From positions 7,006,001 through 7,070,000 of the forward strand of contig CM074513.1 of the NCBI GenBank assembly GCA_037379345.1: a DNA stretch of 64,000 bases. Reading direction: 5' to 3'. The DNA comes from Perna viridis (lineage: Eukaryota). The notes beneath the pieces were generated by a model, which saw only the letters and a list, made by a program, of their open reading frames with translations, was not told the DNA's origin and searched no databases. Of the stretch, positions 26,985-39,249 are shown one piece after another (the first letter of the stretch is position 1; the number at the start of each line of letters is the position of its first letter). A program made the position numbers and the translations under genes.

Positions 26985-27873
26985 GTTGTTGATTCTTGCA
27001 TGTCAAAAACTCACCGAACTCACTTTTATTTCTCGCACAGAAACAGACGCAAAGCAAACAACAACCCACCACACGGTATTCAATGAATATTTTTTTATTT
27101 GATTGTTGCACTTTTGAGAGAAAAAAAATGTAGATTGAACATAAAGTTTGAACTTAGCAAAACTTATCGTTCTTGGTTTGGTGTGACGGTTGGTTTTAGT
27201 GGGAGATAAATGTATGATTTTCTAAAAAATACTGATCTGACTACTTTAAGGATTATCATTATGTAAAACTATAGCACAGGTAGACTGAAAAAGCATTGTT
27301 TGTTTGGTGGGTTTTCTACACCACGAATCACTTTACTATTAGCACCAGTAGGGTATGCGTCCTCTACTTTTCTAAAAACACCCGCCGAGTTGCTCATAAT
27401 TGAACAAATCAGTTTTCATTGTGCAGATGGATACACCGTAACGATTCACTACGAGTTTATGATGACGACCATAAAACTTCTGTAGTGATGGCTACAATAG
27501 TAAGTAGGAGTTCTTATAAGAATTAGACACGAGGTGATTCATGTCAAAAACCCACGAAATTCACTTACTAATATATTTCTTATTAAAATCACTTACAAAT
27601 CACACAAACAGTTTTAGTTTTTCATTTGTGTGGTGCGCTTTTGAGATAAAATTTATATAGATTGGTTTGTACATGAAATGAACACTTTGCAAGAGTTATC
27701 GTTCTTGGCTTGGTTTGATTTGGTTGAGTTTTGTAGATGGTTTAAGTGTGGTTTTCTCAAAAGTACAGATCTAATTACAGAAAGGAATATTGCCTCATAA
27801 AATTAAAGCATATGCAGACCAAAGCATTGTTTGTTCCGTGGATTTTTGTACACCATGAATCACCTTACTATAG
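26985..27873. mobile_element. Two diverged tandem copies of a ~340-bp MITE-like unit (26985-27342, 27531-27873) separated by a Naiad fragment (27342-27500)
   Basis: Shared atgtcaaaaac, ttatcgttcttgg, aagcattgtttgtt and gaatcac.ttactat blocks with imperfect inverted ends. The middle piece matches ~39434-39640 with an internal deletion. Confidence 0.7.
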
Positions 27874-27991
27874 GCAGTGTCTGAATTTCATGTGGACTGG
27901 TACTTAAATACAACCGTCTCAGTCCAAAATACGTTAAAATGATCACACTTTTCCTATTTTATGTGTATATGTGTGTCACATCTGATACATT

Positions 27992-28518
27992 TATAACCCT
28001 TTAAATTGACGTGTTACACAGTCTTTAAGCATATGGTCTATAATTGACGGTTTACGGCATGAGATGCAATAATTGCAAAGTCCCAGTACACTATATACAA
28101 CTTTATTTGCATCTGGTGAAAATACATGTGTACAGTTTAGAAGTCAGGGACTGACTCCTCGATTCAACTAGACAAAATCTGTCCTATATTTTTACAGAGG
28201 ATCATCAAACACTTATTATAAAACATTCCGAATTTTGAGGTATTACATCACCTAGCCATAATTGCTATATTGACAAATATGCTTTGGACGGTTTCTCAGC
28301 TCCGTGAAAAACATAAAGATTAATAGGGGATTAAAGAACAATTCGGCGATCAAAGTCAATTACAAATAAATAAACGCCAATCAATAATATGGATACTATA
28401 GATACGGAGAAAATCTTAAAACGATAAAATAAACAATGTCCAGCACTTAAAGTTCAATAAAGTTCTGTTTCCACTAAAACGTCCATCGGGTCAGACTGTG
28501 CGTTTTCTCTTGGTTATA
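27992..28518 (-). repeat. 3' LTR of the Gypsy element
   Basis: Bounded by TATAACC...GGTTATA. On the minus strand it is directly preceded by the purine tract GGGGAAGCAGGGGAGAA (28519-28535) and contains an internal AATAAA near 28105. Confidence 0.7.
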
Positions 28519-31500
28519 TTCTCCCCTGCTTCCCCAAAGTGAGCGACCTTGCTCACATAAATATTTATCTAAATTTCAAATAATTTGAATTAGACAAGTA
28601 TTGAATTGACCTGTTAATATTGTTACTCTGGAATCGGTGTTACGCAGATACGGTATTTAATGATCAAGCACGGAACATTACTGTTAATCGGAATGCAACT
28701 GTGTTGTCTTATTCACATGGGTGTGTATGTTAAGTGGTACAAACTGAACATTATAGATGGGTCGTGTCGGCTGAATTTCAGTGGGACAAAAATATCGTAA
28801 CGTCTGTATGGCGACGGTTTTCTCGTCGTGAACCTCCGGTTCCTCGGCTGCTGAAGTGTGATTATTACTTGTACAACACTGAACACATGACAATGCACAT
28901 ATTATTGAATTAAAGGACCAACACGAGCTATTTAAATAATATAAACTTGATGCGTATTGTCACCGTTTCACCACTGCAGTTTAAGGAACAATTCTATGTC
29001 CCGGCAAGTAATTATTTTCAGGTGACCTACAATACACACTGGTTCCAATTGAACTAACTATATTGACTGAGTAATACGGGCGATCTTTATATGGATATCA
29101 AAGTGATGGATTATCTGTCATAGGGAACTGGAATATTTAATTGTTTTATGCTTTAGAACTGTCAAAATATTACTGACTAGTACAGGGTCGTCATCACGTC
29201 TATACATACAGAAGAACTAGAATACTAGATAGGTGACGAGTCTATCTTATACTCTTTGTTCACAAAAATGCGATGATCTTTTGACATAAATAAAACCATT
29301 GATAATTCCGTGGTGTGCGAAAAAAAAATGACACTGCATAAATATTAGCTTTCTGGTAAATGAAAATGGCTCTATTAATAAAGTAAATTGATATCAACAA
29401 CAACAAAAACTGTGTGATTCTGGTTCAAGTTTACGACCTGACAACTTGTGTCTGAGACACTAGGTCCGACGTTACAACCGACTGTAAAAAAATGTGTGAA
29501 ACTACGTGTAAAACTAATGAATAAAATGGTGTGTAAGATGCCTCACAAGGGTGATCAGTCCTTGAGAAACGATCTTTTACAAAAATTACTAGTGTCGCTT
29601 GCGTCGCCTGCGTTTTTGTGCATGGAACTGTTGTCTGATGTGGATTGGAATATTTCGAGTAGGCTCACATGAGTTTTAATCCTCACTATAACCTTTCCAC
29701 TTAATGAAATATTCCCGTGTACTGCCCCTTTTCTTACTCTCGAGAATTTTTTCTACTTCAAATGTTTCATTGTTTTTATTAGAAGTATTGTTTATTTGGG
29801 TGTTTGTATTAGGATTAATGTGCGTGTTCCTAACATCCCTGTTTGTTTTGTTTTGTCCCCCTTGAGTATTGCGCTTTTTGCTATGTTGCTCGATCGCGTC
29901 GTTTACGCTGTCAAGAATTTCAGGCATTTCGACTGGTACTTGGTTAGAGTCCAGATCTTCATCTTCATTCACACCATCTGGCGAATTGGTCGGTCTGTCC
30001 TTTGGATCACGTTTTCAAACGATTTTGCATGGACTGGTACTACTAGACGTTTATCGTCAGTACATTGCCTTAGTCGGTAGATTAGTTCGATAATGTAGTA
30101 CGGACTTATTCATTTTCTTATTCATTTTCTTTGAAATTTTGGTGAAAGGCTAGTTGGAGTTCTGATATAATACAGCCAAACTTTGTCATTGAGATGAAAT
30201 GACGGTTCACCGACGTTCTTGTCATGTTGCTGTTTATAGTTTTCCTGGGCTCCTTCTATGTTTTTCTTTGCGATTTCTCTGGTTGACTTCACATTGTCAA
30301 CGATTGCCTTAAAGGTTGCTTCTGCACTTCCACTCAATCCTGTGGCTGATTCTGGAATTAATGCAAGGTAAAGTGGGTTTCTATGTCCCCGACCAAAACA
30401 GAGATAATACGGGCTGTAGCTCGTTGACTCGATTGCTACCGTATTTCTGTAAGCCATCATTACGCTTTGGAGGTATTCTGGCCAATTAGATTGGTTTTTG
30501 TCGCAGTACATTCGCAGAGAGGTTGTGAATGTACGGTTCTGTCTTTCCGTAGCTGCATTGCATTATGGATGGTACGACGAGATACTCAACTTGGTTATTT
30601 GAAAAAATTGAGCACACTTCTTTCAATAACTTTGACATGAAATTCTGTCCTCTATCTGTTAGGATTTCTAGACATGGACCATACCTGCAGATAATCTCAT
30701 TGAGGAAGATGCGGGCCGTTTCGGCTGCTGAACCGCTTCTCATGGGAAAAGCTTCTGGCCGTTTTGTGAATGAGCAAACTACGACTAAAATCTGATTGTA
30801 GCTTTCTGCTGACTTTGGTAGGTTGCAAAGTATGTCCATTTGAACCCGTTCAAAAAATCCTGTAGCTGGCAGTGGCTGTAACGGCGCCTTTTCAGGTGTG
30901 GACTGGATCTGCATTGCTGACATTTTAAGCATGTTCAGCAGTAATCCTCAATGTCAGAGAACATGCGTTTCCAGAAATACTTCAGCATAATATTGTTTTA
31001 TGTCCTGTCGACCTGTCGAATCCTGGGTGTGCGGCTATAAATGCATCGTGATAATAAAGTCGTTTTGAGAGCTTTTGGGACTACAAGTTGCTTAACGACT
31101 CTGTCTGACATGTGGCCCTTCCCTCTTGGATAATAGTGATGAAACAAGATACCATCGGAAATAACATAGTGGTTAGATTCCCGTATAATTAAATCGGCCA
31201 ACTTTGCATCCTCTGGCAGGGTATTCTGTTCAATGTAGTCACACATTTGTCTCAGTTCGGAGTCTTCACGCTATGCTCTTTTAACTTTGTCTTTTGTGAT
31301 AGCTGTTGTCTCACATATGTGAGCTACTGGGTCGAGGTCAGGATACCTCACTTCTGCTTCAGTTATGGCTTGTAGTGCCGAAACTTGAATATTGAACGAC
31401 AATTGTTCTTTGTTGACGGTCCCCGTGTGACTGTTACTTTGGGTACCAGATGGGTGTTCAGCAAGGTTGCCCACTATGACCTCAATACTAGGTCGTCGCT

Positions 31501-34230
31501 GATGGTTCTTTTCTGGGTGCTCTATTCTAGAGAGGAAGTCAGCGCAGACATTATCTTTGCCTGGTTTGTATTGAACCTCGAAGTTGTAAGACTGTAGATA
31601 CATTGCCTATCTTGCTAGTCTACAAGTACTTTATTTTATCTTGCGTAAATATTGTAGGGCTATGTGGTCAGTGTATACGTAGAATTTGCGGCTGGCTAGG
31701 TAAACATGGAACTGTTTGATTGCAGTAACTAGCGCGAGACATTCATGATCTTTGACATCCCATAATTGTTCTGCTTTTCTTAGCATTCTTCCGCCATACG
31801 ATATGACTTTGAGTTTTTTAGTCTCTGCACAGTATTGCTGTAGAACAAAGCCTATAGCTGAGGCGCTTGCGTCAGTGTGGAGTACAAACTCCTTGTCAAA
31901 GTCTGGCAGTACTAGTATTGGTGGCGACACTAGCCTATCTTTCAAGGTGTCTACTACATGTTGACAATCATCTGTGCATTCGAATTTTTGGTTTTTCTGA
32001 AGCAATTTGTTTAGCGGCGTTGCTATCTTCGCGAATTTCGGTTTAAATCGTCTAAAGTAATTCACACAGCCTAGGAACATTCTCAGTTCTTTAAGGTTCT
32101 TAGGTCGGTTAAATAACCGGATCGAGAACGTTTTCTCGGGGTCAACTGAAACACCGTCTTTTGATATAATGTATCCCAGGTACCTAACTTCATGGCATGC
32201 GAACTGACATTTGGTTGGTTTCAACTTTATGTTGGCGTCTATCACTTTGTCAAACAGAGCTGTCAAGTGTTGCACATGTTCGTCAAAGTTCTTGCTGAAT
32301 ATCAGTATGTCATCTACATAGCATGACTTCGTCCATTACCATCTTGAAAGTTGCTGGTGAGTTTGCTAATCCGTATGGTAATCGGTTGAACTCATACTGA
32401 CCTCTGTGTGTGATAAACGCTGTCTTCTCTTTACTTGCGTCGTCGATTTCGATTAGCCATAAACTTTCTTTGATGTCACAAAAAGACAGGAATAGGGCTT
32501 TTGACGAATCAAGGTGTCAAGGACGTTTGACAGATGCGGTAGGGGAGGGTAAATATTTTTGTCACAGCATTGAGCTTTCTGTAATCGACGACGAATCTTT
32601 TCTCTCCATTTGGCTTAGTAAGAAGCAAAACAGGACTACTCCAGGGTGACATACAGTTTCGAATTATCCCACGCTCTTCCATATTGTCTAATATTTTATC
32701 CATTTCGCCTTTTGTCTTAGGCGCTGAGCGGTATGGGTATTGACGGATTGGTCTGGCGTCACCGGTATCGATTACGTGTCTTCCTAACTTGGCGCATCCA
32801 ATCTCTGACAGATCTTTGGCGAAAGCTTGCCTATATTGCCCTAACAGAGTCAACAACTGATCTTTTTGATTTTCCGATGGATCCGATTTTGAAAGATCTA
32901 TCCCCATGTCTTTAGCCAAAGATATGTAATGTGTTTGGGTATTTGTGGTTTGGTGATTTAAGGTGTTCACGTAATCTGTTTTATCTTTTAACTCTCCAAA
33001 AATGCTGTTTTCTCGTGTGTGTGAAAAAATTCCTACAACAGTGTTTTGTTTTCATGTGATTTGAGAATTTGTTGGATTTAATAGTTCAATAACTGATTTT
33101 TCTTTCACTGTACTAAATAAACAACGTGCACCTATCACATTTTGTTTCCCAATTAACGAAAAGCTTGGTTCTATTACACCCATGGTGTTTTCAGATATGT
33201 TGTCTATTTTTACTGGTAAAATTATTCTATGCCTCGGTGAAATTGCAATTTCGGAAATTATACGGACGAAACTGTTAGTACTATTCCGATTGTTCCCTTG
33301 ACACGAAGAAACATCTGTGATACCATTTTGCAACGGCAAAGTTTGGTTTGGAAAACTTATTTCCGCCTTCTGGACGTGCATAAAATCCCTACCTAAAATA
33401 ACGGGCATGTTTAAATCTTGCAAAATATAAAAATCTTGATACAATGTCAGTTTGCCTATTGCATTTGGTAATGTGACTTTACCTAAAACCCTAATGAAAT
33501 TGTTGTTGACACCGCGTACACCTATAAGGTCGGATTTTTCTATGGGATATTGAACTGCTAACCTCAATTTTTTTAATTCACTTTCTCTCAGGACAGACAC
33601 GGACGCTTCAGTGTCAATAAGCGAAGGAAGAACTGAAGATCCTATCCTAATATTAATTTTACAATCTACACTAGAACTAGCAAATAAGTTTACAATATTT
33701 TTAGAATTGAGCATGTGCTTTAGAATAGGTGGGCTTATTTGTACTAACTTGATTGCGGGAATATACGCTTTCCCGTGAATTACTTTGCCTATTACTTGTG
33801 ACCTTATTAAAAACATTGAGGAGAGGAGTGTTATGGGCGTTTGCATTCTCAAGGTGTTCACTGTTCTGCAAGAAAGAACCACACTTACCATTAGGCTGGA
33901 CTTGGATAGGTATTGGTTGGATTGCAGGCACTTCATGGGTCTCAACTTCATGGGTTCGTCAACTTGATGGTGGATTCTGCTAATTTAGCTGCTTGGAAGG
34001 CCTCTTCCACTGAATATGACGGTTTGCATTCAGTAGCCGAAACAAACGGAATCTTATATACGGGTCGGATTCCCCTAAATATAAATTGTTCTAAAAATAT
34101 GTCGTTCCTGAAAGAAAATGTTTCTCTAAACGCGAAATAAACTCAGGTACTGATTGTTGAGTGGCTTTAGCAGCATCTTGCCAAAGTTCGGCTTTTTCTA
34201 TTCCTGTTGTACAGAATCGTTCCCGAAACT
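27992..34230 (-). mobile_element. Decayed Ty3/Gypsy LTR retrotransposon with C-terminal chromodomain; 5' LTR and part of gag missing
   Basis: Domain order protease (LIDTEAS), RT (SPWSSPV, RFVVDYRKLN, CYVDD), RNase H (LHTDAS), integrase (MDIL, ILTDRGQNF, SPYYLCFGR), chromodomain (FEVEKILESKKRGSTREYFIKWKGY). Many stops and frameshifts; ORF end ~29589. Confidence 0.95.
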
Positions 34231-34361
34231 TTAAGTAACAGTATTGTGATGTCATTGTTAATGACAGTATTGTAACGTCACTGTAATTAAGTAAAAGAAC
34301 AGTACTTTAAGTAACAGTATTGTGGCGTCACTGTAAATGACAGTATTGTAACGTCAATGTA
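34229..34361. repeat. Tandem repeat (~25-bp subunits inside a ~76-bp duplication) at the Gypsy truncation point
   Basis: acagtattgt..cgtca.tgt occurs four times. Confidence 0.8.
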
Positions 34362-35855
34362 GTTCCGAAAACGGCCAGTACTTTTTTAGTAGTCATTACA
34401 ACATAACAGTGGAAATGTATAACGTTGGTGAATCGTTGGAAGAGTTGATCCGTTACTGCCTTTTTTAAATGAATTTTATTAGCTACAAAGAGGCATTTAC
34501 TGTTTACTGTTTTCATTTCAAATATTTGACTTTTTTGCTTTGGTACAAACTTTGTTCACTAAATATATTTCACAAGTTAAAAGTAGAAGTCTCTGTTGCT
34601 TATTATCAAATCTCATTCTTTTGGTCCATGTACAGAAATAAGAGTTCATATTGTTACTTTGCCAAAAAATCTCATCGTTAAGTGTATGCATCGTACACGC
34701 ATTTAATGCAAACTATTTTATTTCTTTGCTTTACTTCATCAGAGTAAATTGGAGAGGATATATAAGTGAACCAACATCTATTCATGGTAGACGTCTGGTA
34801 GGATACCGCAACTTGAGATAGCTTGAGTATTGTTGTCTTTACTTTAACTTTATTTTTCAGAGTAAGTGAAATGATGCCAAATGCAGCTATATTTGCATGA
34901 TTCATTTTGATATATTTTCTGCAATTTAAACTACATGTATTATTCTTTAGTAGAGATCCTTTGTCTATAAATAATTTAAAAAAAATAACCATATCATTTC
35001 ATATTATTTTCATTATAGTGCCCTAGACAAAATAAACACAGAGTTACAATGCCAACATTTATGATGAACATGTTCATAGGGTGTAGGTAGCTGTCCCTTG
35101 ATTAAATGAAAATCACCTGTTGAACTTATTTTTTTAAATTTCTCTCTGTATGTATGTTTGATAGATAGTATAAATCTCTGTCGATTTCCAATTTAACTAC
35201 TTTAAGAAGTTCATCAAATGATTATCATTGAATTAAGGTAAGACAATCTATTCTCCGAAATTTACGTTATTACTTGCTGTAAAACATGTTGTCATTTATA
35301 TCAATTTTTCTCATATGTACATATCTATATCTCTACCAAATTTTGAATGAGTTATGGAACTTATCAGAAATTATTGGAAATACACAAACGATGCTACAGG
35401 CTTAGGGTAAACTACATTGATAATACTTGAATGTAATACAAACGTTTATAGCAATAATAAAATAATTTTTATCCTGCAATGAGGTTATTTGTTAAACGAA
35501 TAAAGGTATTCGGTTATTTTTTTGCTGTATCCGTACATTAGCAGGTTATCGACTTTCTGCCTCCTCCCACTCACGTGATCGGCGGAACTACTTTTTTCTG
35601 GTATGCGTAAATTAATCATGGCCGCCACCATATATGCGATATAAACAAATTGCGATTGCGTATCCGGTTAATCTTTTTTTTTTTGCTGTTTTTTTTTCGT
35701 TTCGTATTCACCTGAGTGCAATAAAAGATTTTATGTAAACCAAATAATGATTTTGTTTGTATTTTTTTTCACCGTCATATATATGACAAATCCCAAATCT
35801 CGTTCAGATTTGATTCATTATCAGTTTGCAGACGACTTCCCCTGTTATTTCAGTC

Positions 35856-36110
35856 ATGTCGGACTCGGAGCCAGAGTGTCCGTCACAATTTAACATAAAC
35901 TGGTTCCCACTTAAAGAAATTGAAGCATTACAATATCATAAAACTCTTGAAGAGACAAATGACCAGGAAACTGTTATGGTCTTGGATTTATTACTGCCTA
36001 AACCCCAAGATAGTGAATCAAAGGAACACTACATTATAGATCTGCCCATACAACTGCCTCCTCTTCTTCAAAAATTTTCAAACAAATATTTCAAATCCCA
36101 AAGAAACTAG
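35856..36110 (+). CDS. Small orphan ORF (84 aa), possible spliced gene or TE accessory gene
   Basis: tttcag acceptor just before the ATG, upstream CpG-rich patch (35560-35670) with candidate donors, downstream AATAAA ~36274; no recognised domain. Confidence 0.3.
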   Translation: MSDSEPECPSQFNINWFPLKEIEALQYHKTLEETNDQETVMVLDLLLPKPQDSESKEHYIIDLPIQLPPLLQKFSNKYFKSQRN

Positions 36111-37009
36111 TGCACAAATTTCACCCCTGAACTCTACTGCCATATACCAAACAGAAACAAGTCAGCTTCCACCTTCCTCTAAATTCAAAACTTTAATGTT
36201 CTTAAAATCGACTTTACAACATTCAAAATATTTGTATTTATTGTTCAATTTACTTATTTGTCTCTTGGAATTAAATAAATTTTGATACATTGCTTATTTT
36301 CTTCTAACAGATTTGACGGATTATATGGTGCGGATTGAATTTCAATGTTTACTGAGTCATGTGCCATGCGTATTAATTTTTTTCTTCGGGTTTAACGATC
36401 GGGGCTCCTCAGGGGATATACATTTTAAAATTTTATTTTAAAAATGTACACATGCACAAAACTATTAATATAACAGGATAAAAACATTCTAGGTACAATA
36501 GGCAGAGCCTCGCATTTCCTACCCGTTCCGTCGCCTCATCACATATCTTCAATAATTTTCGACAATGTACCAGTCCTATATTGTATATGTAATGACCCTC
36601 ACCTACTTTTAATTGTCTTTGACAACTTTCTGTTTCTTAAAATCTTAGATAAAATCTGTCCCAAACATATTAAAACGAAATGCAACATTTTAAATATATA
36701 TCCAAAACTTCTAGTTATATTGTCACTGATTAACTGAAAGTTTTAATTGTGTACTTTTCATAATGATGTGCAGCAAAGATTGAAACACATTTTACAGAAA
36801 AAAAAACAGTGTTTTTATTCATTTGTAACATCACCTCAATTAAAAAAAAAATATAATCTGAAATTACAGTCTTGAACGCGGAAACGATTGGAAAGCTCTC
36901 CTCCTTGCCCAAAATGTTTTGAAGTATATATGATGAAATATTTTAAATGAAATATACATGACAAAACGTTTAGAATGGCGCATATATGACATTATATAAA
37001 TAACACATA

Positions 37010-37610
37010 GCTACATAGCTAAGAGGGTGATAGAGCAGTTTGTTACTCAGGGAAAATCGTAGTCACCCGAGGCGTAGCCGAGGATTACAATGTTTTTTCT
37101 CAAGAGATAATAAACCCTCCAAGTTATGTGTTATTTATTTTATTATACTGAATGTTCAATTGTCATTCTTTTTTTTTTCAAATTAAACCCCAACAATCAG
37201 TTTTGCATGTTTGTCTTTTGTCTTGTTTTCTTCATTGATATTGTTTCATTTTCTTTCAAGTTAGCATTTACTAGAAGGTGTAAACGTTCACTGCACGATG
37301 CTACACCATTCCCCTTTTAGTTATTTTTATTCAATGTACCAGTGATGGACTTCTTTCCTGCTCAAAAACAGAAATGTTAATAAGATGTCTTTTTTTAAAG
37401 TTTACTTGACGTTGCGCATATTGGTTCATTCGAACTCAAAACTGTTTGAATTGGTACATGTACCTTCTATTTACCAGAACCAGTTTGCCTTTTTCACGAG
37501 AGGATAATAGAGAAAAAAAACTATCACCCTCTAAAACATGTGATAGAGCAGAATATTATCCTCGTATGAACCGATCAAATTTCATCAAATTGACATGAAA
37601 TATAATAAAA
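37010..37610. mobile_element. Crypton-like palindromic non-autonomous element
   Basis: ccgaggcgtagccgagg hairpin core; gtgatagagcag repeated near both ends. Confidence 0.55.
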
Positions 37611-37636
37611 TTTACTTAAAGTATATAAATAAAACC

Positions 37637-38075
37637 TAAAGCTGCAAAATATACAAAAGAATTTTGTTTTACGAGTTTCTGTTAGATCTAGATCTGATAC
37701 ATATCAAAGTCAAGACCTGTCAAATTTTGAGAGTGATGTTCTATCTCTTACATATTGCAGAAAAAAAGTACTTGGCTAGATTCAATATTTATATTTATCT
37801 GCTGACAAAAAAATACTTTCAAGATATTAGCTTCCTGTCGATAATGTTCAAGGAGCATAAATTGATTTTTGTTGACAAATAGAGAAAGAAATATCGAAAA
37901 GAAGTTTTTTTTATAGATTTATATTGTTTGAATTGTGTGACTCTTATTAACTATAAAAAAAACAAACGAGATGTGAGACGCCTTTTTGATTGTATTTACT
38001 GTTTGGTTTAAATGAATCAATATGTTTAACTTCAAGTAGAGCTATATTTATCGAACATCATTTTGCTTTCTGTAA
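37637..38075 (+). mobile_element. Kolobok-like MITE fragment (copy of 22376-22850)
   Basis: taaagctgca left end; colinear match to the other copy. Confidence 0.7.
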
Positions 38076-38273
38076 ACAAAAAATGACATACAATATACAT
38101 AGTTGTTAATTTTGGCATACTGTTGACGGTTCTTTTCAATATCTTATTTATTTAATGTTCCTTTGTCAAATGTAAGTGGTCGTAAAGCACCTAATCAATA
38201 AAGGCGAGACAAATTTTATTTCCTCTTTTTACCAATAAATATAAAATGACAAATGATTAATTTCACCCAATAC

Positions 38274-38474
38274 GGAGATAGACCTAAGGTAAGGGACAAA
38301 ACTCCTACAAATCATTGGAACGTTTGTATTCTCTATTTAACATCAATCTCATGTAATCACCAAAGTAACTTGGATTGATTTCATTCTGTTTCAAATGAAA
38401 GTTTGCAAGGCTTAAAATGATACAAACGTATCACTTATTTCAAGAGTTATGTCCCTTAGCTTAGGTATACCTCC
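38274..38474. mobile_element. MITE, second copy of the 20729-20934 family
   Basis: Same TIRs and internal aatcattggaacgtttgtatt...catcaatctcatgtaa. Confidence 0.8.
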
Positions 38475-39249
38475 GTAAGTAAACAAAATAACTGCTATTG
38501 TGCCATTTCTACTTCTATATACAAAAAAGTATGCAATTTTAGTTAACACTGACAATCACAAATGTTATTACAGCGTTTATCTTTTGCATTTACTTTTTAA
38601 TTGACCTTAATTTGTTTATCAAAGAGTATGTTTATATTATACTATGGTTAATCAGGGTATGTGGAAACAATCCTCAATTTGCAGTCGATAAAAAGAAAAG
38701 AAAAATAGTGTAGAGGAAATAGTACAGTAGTTCCCATTCAAACGCTCGTACTTGCTGACACCAGTCTGTTGATTCATTCCCTTTAAAAAAAACTTTTAAT
38801 TAAGTACAATATATTATTTGTACTGTCTAGCAATAACTCTACTCGATATAATATTCCCCAGTATTCATGCAATAATCCTATAATATTGATGATGTTTATA
38901 TTTAGGTTATATTTATCACACAATAATGTTAAGGAGCAAAAATTTTGAATTTTTTTTTAACACTTTACTACACAATCCATCGATTTTGGGATTATAGTGT
39001 TGAGTCTATGGTTCACGTGATGTATTGATTTCTGAGAAACCTACATACAAAGAAAGACAACTCCATCTTATTCCCAATATAATATATCTACTTCAAGGCC
39101 AAAAAATGAATGATGATCATTTTGATATGAGTAGCACAATTTGATTACAAATATCGTACATAATGTAATAACAGTATAGTAGCACCTAGTATTAGCAATA
39201 ATATGTTCCACAAAATAATCCGAATACATTGGATGTAACTAAACTGAGT

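Noticed and set aside
34362-35100. Possible 5' LTR/PBS of the Gypsy element
   Set aside because: No match to 27992-28518 and no PBS were found.
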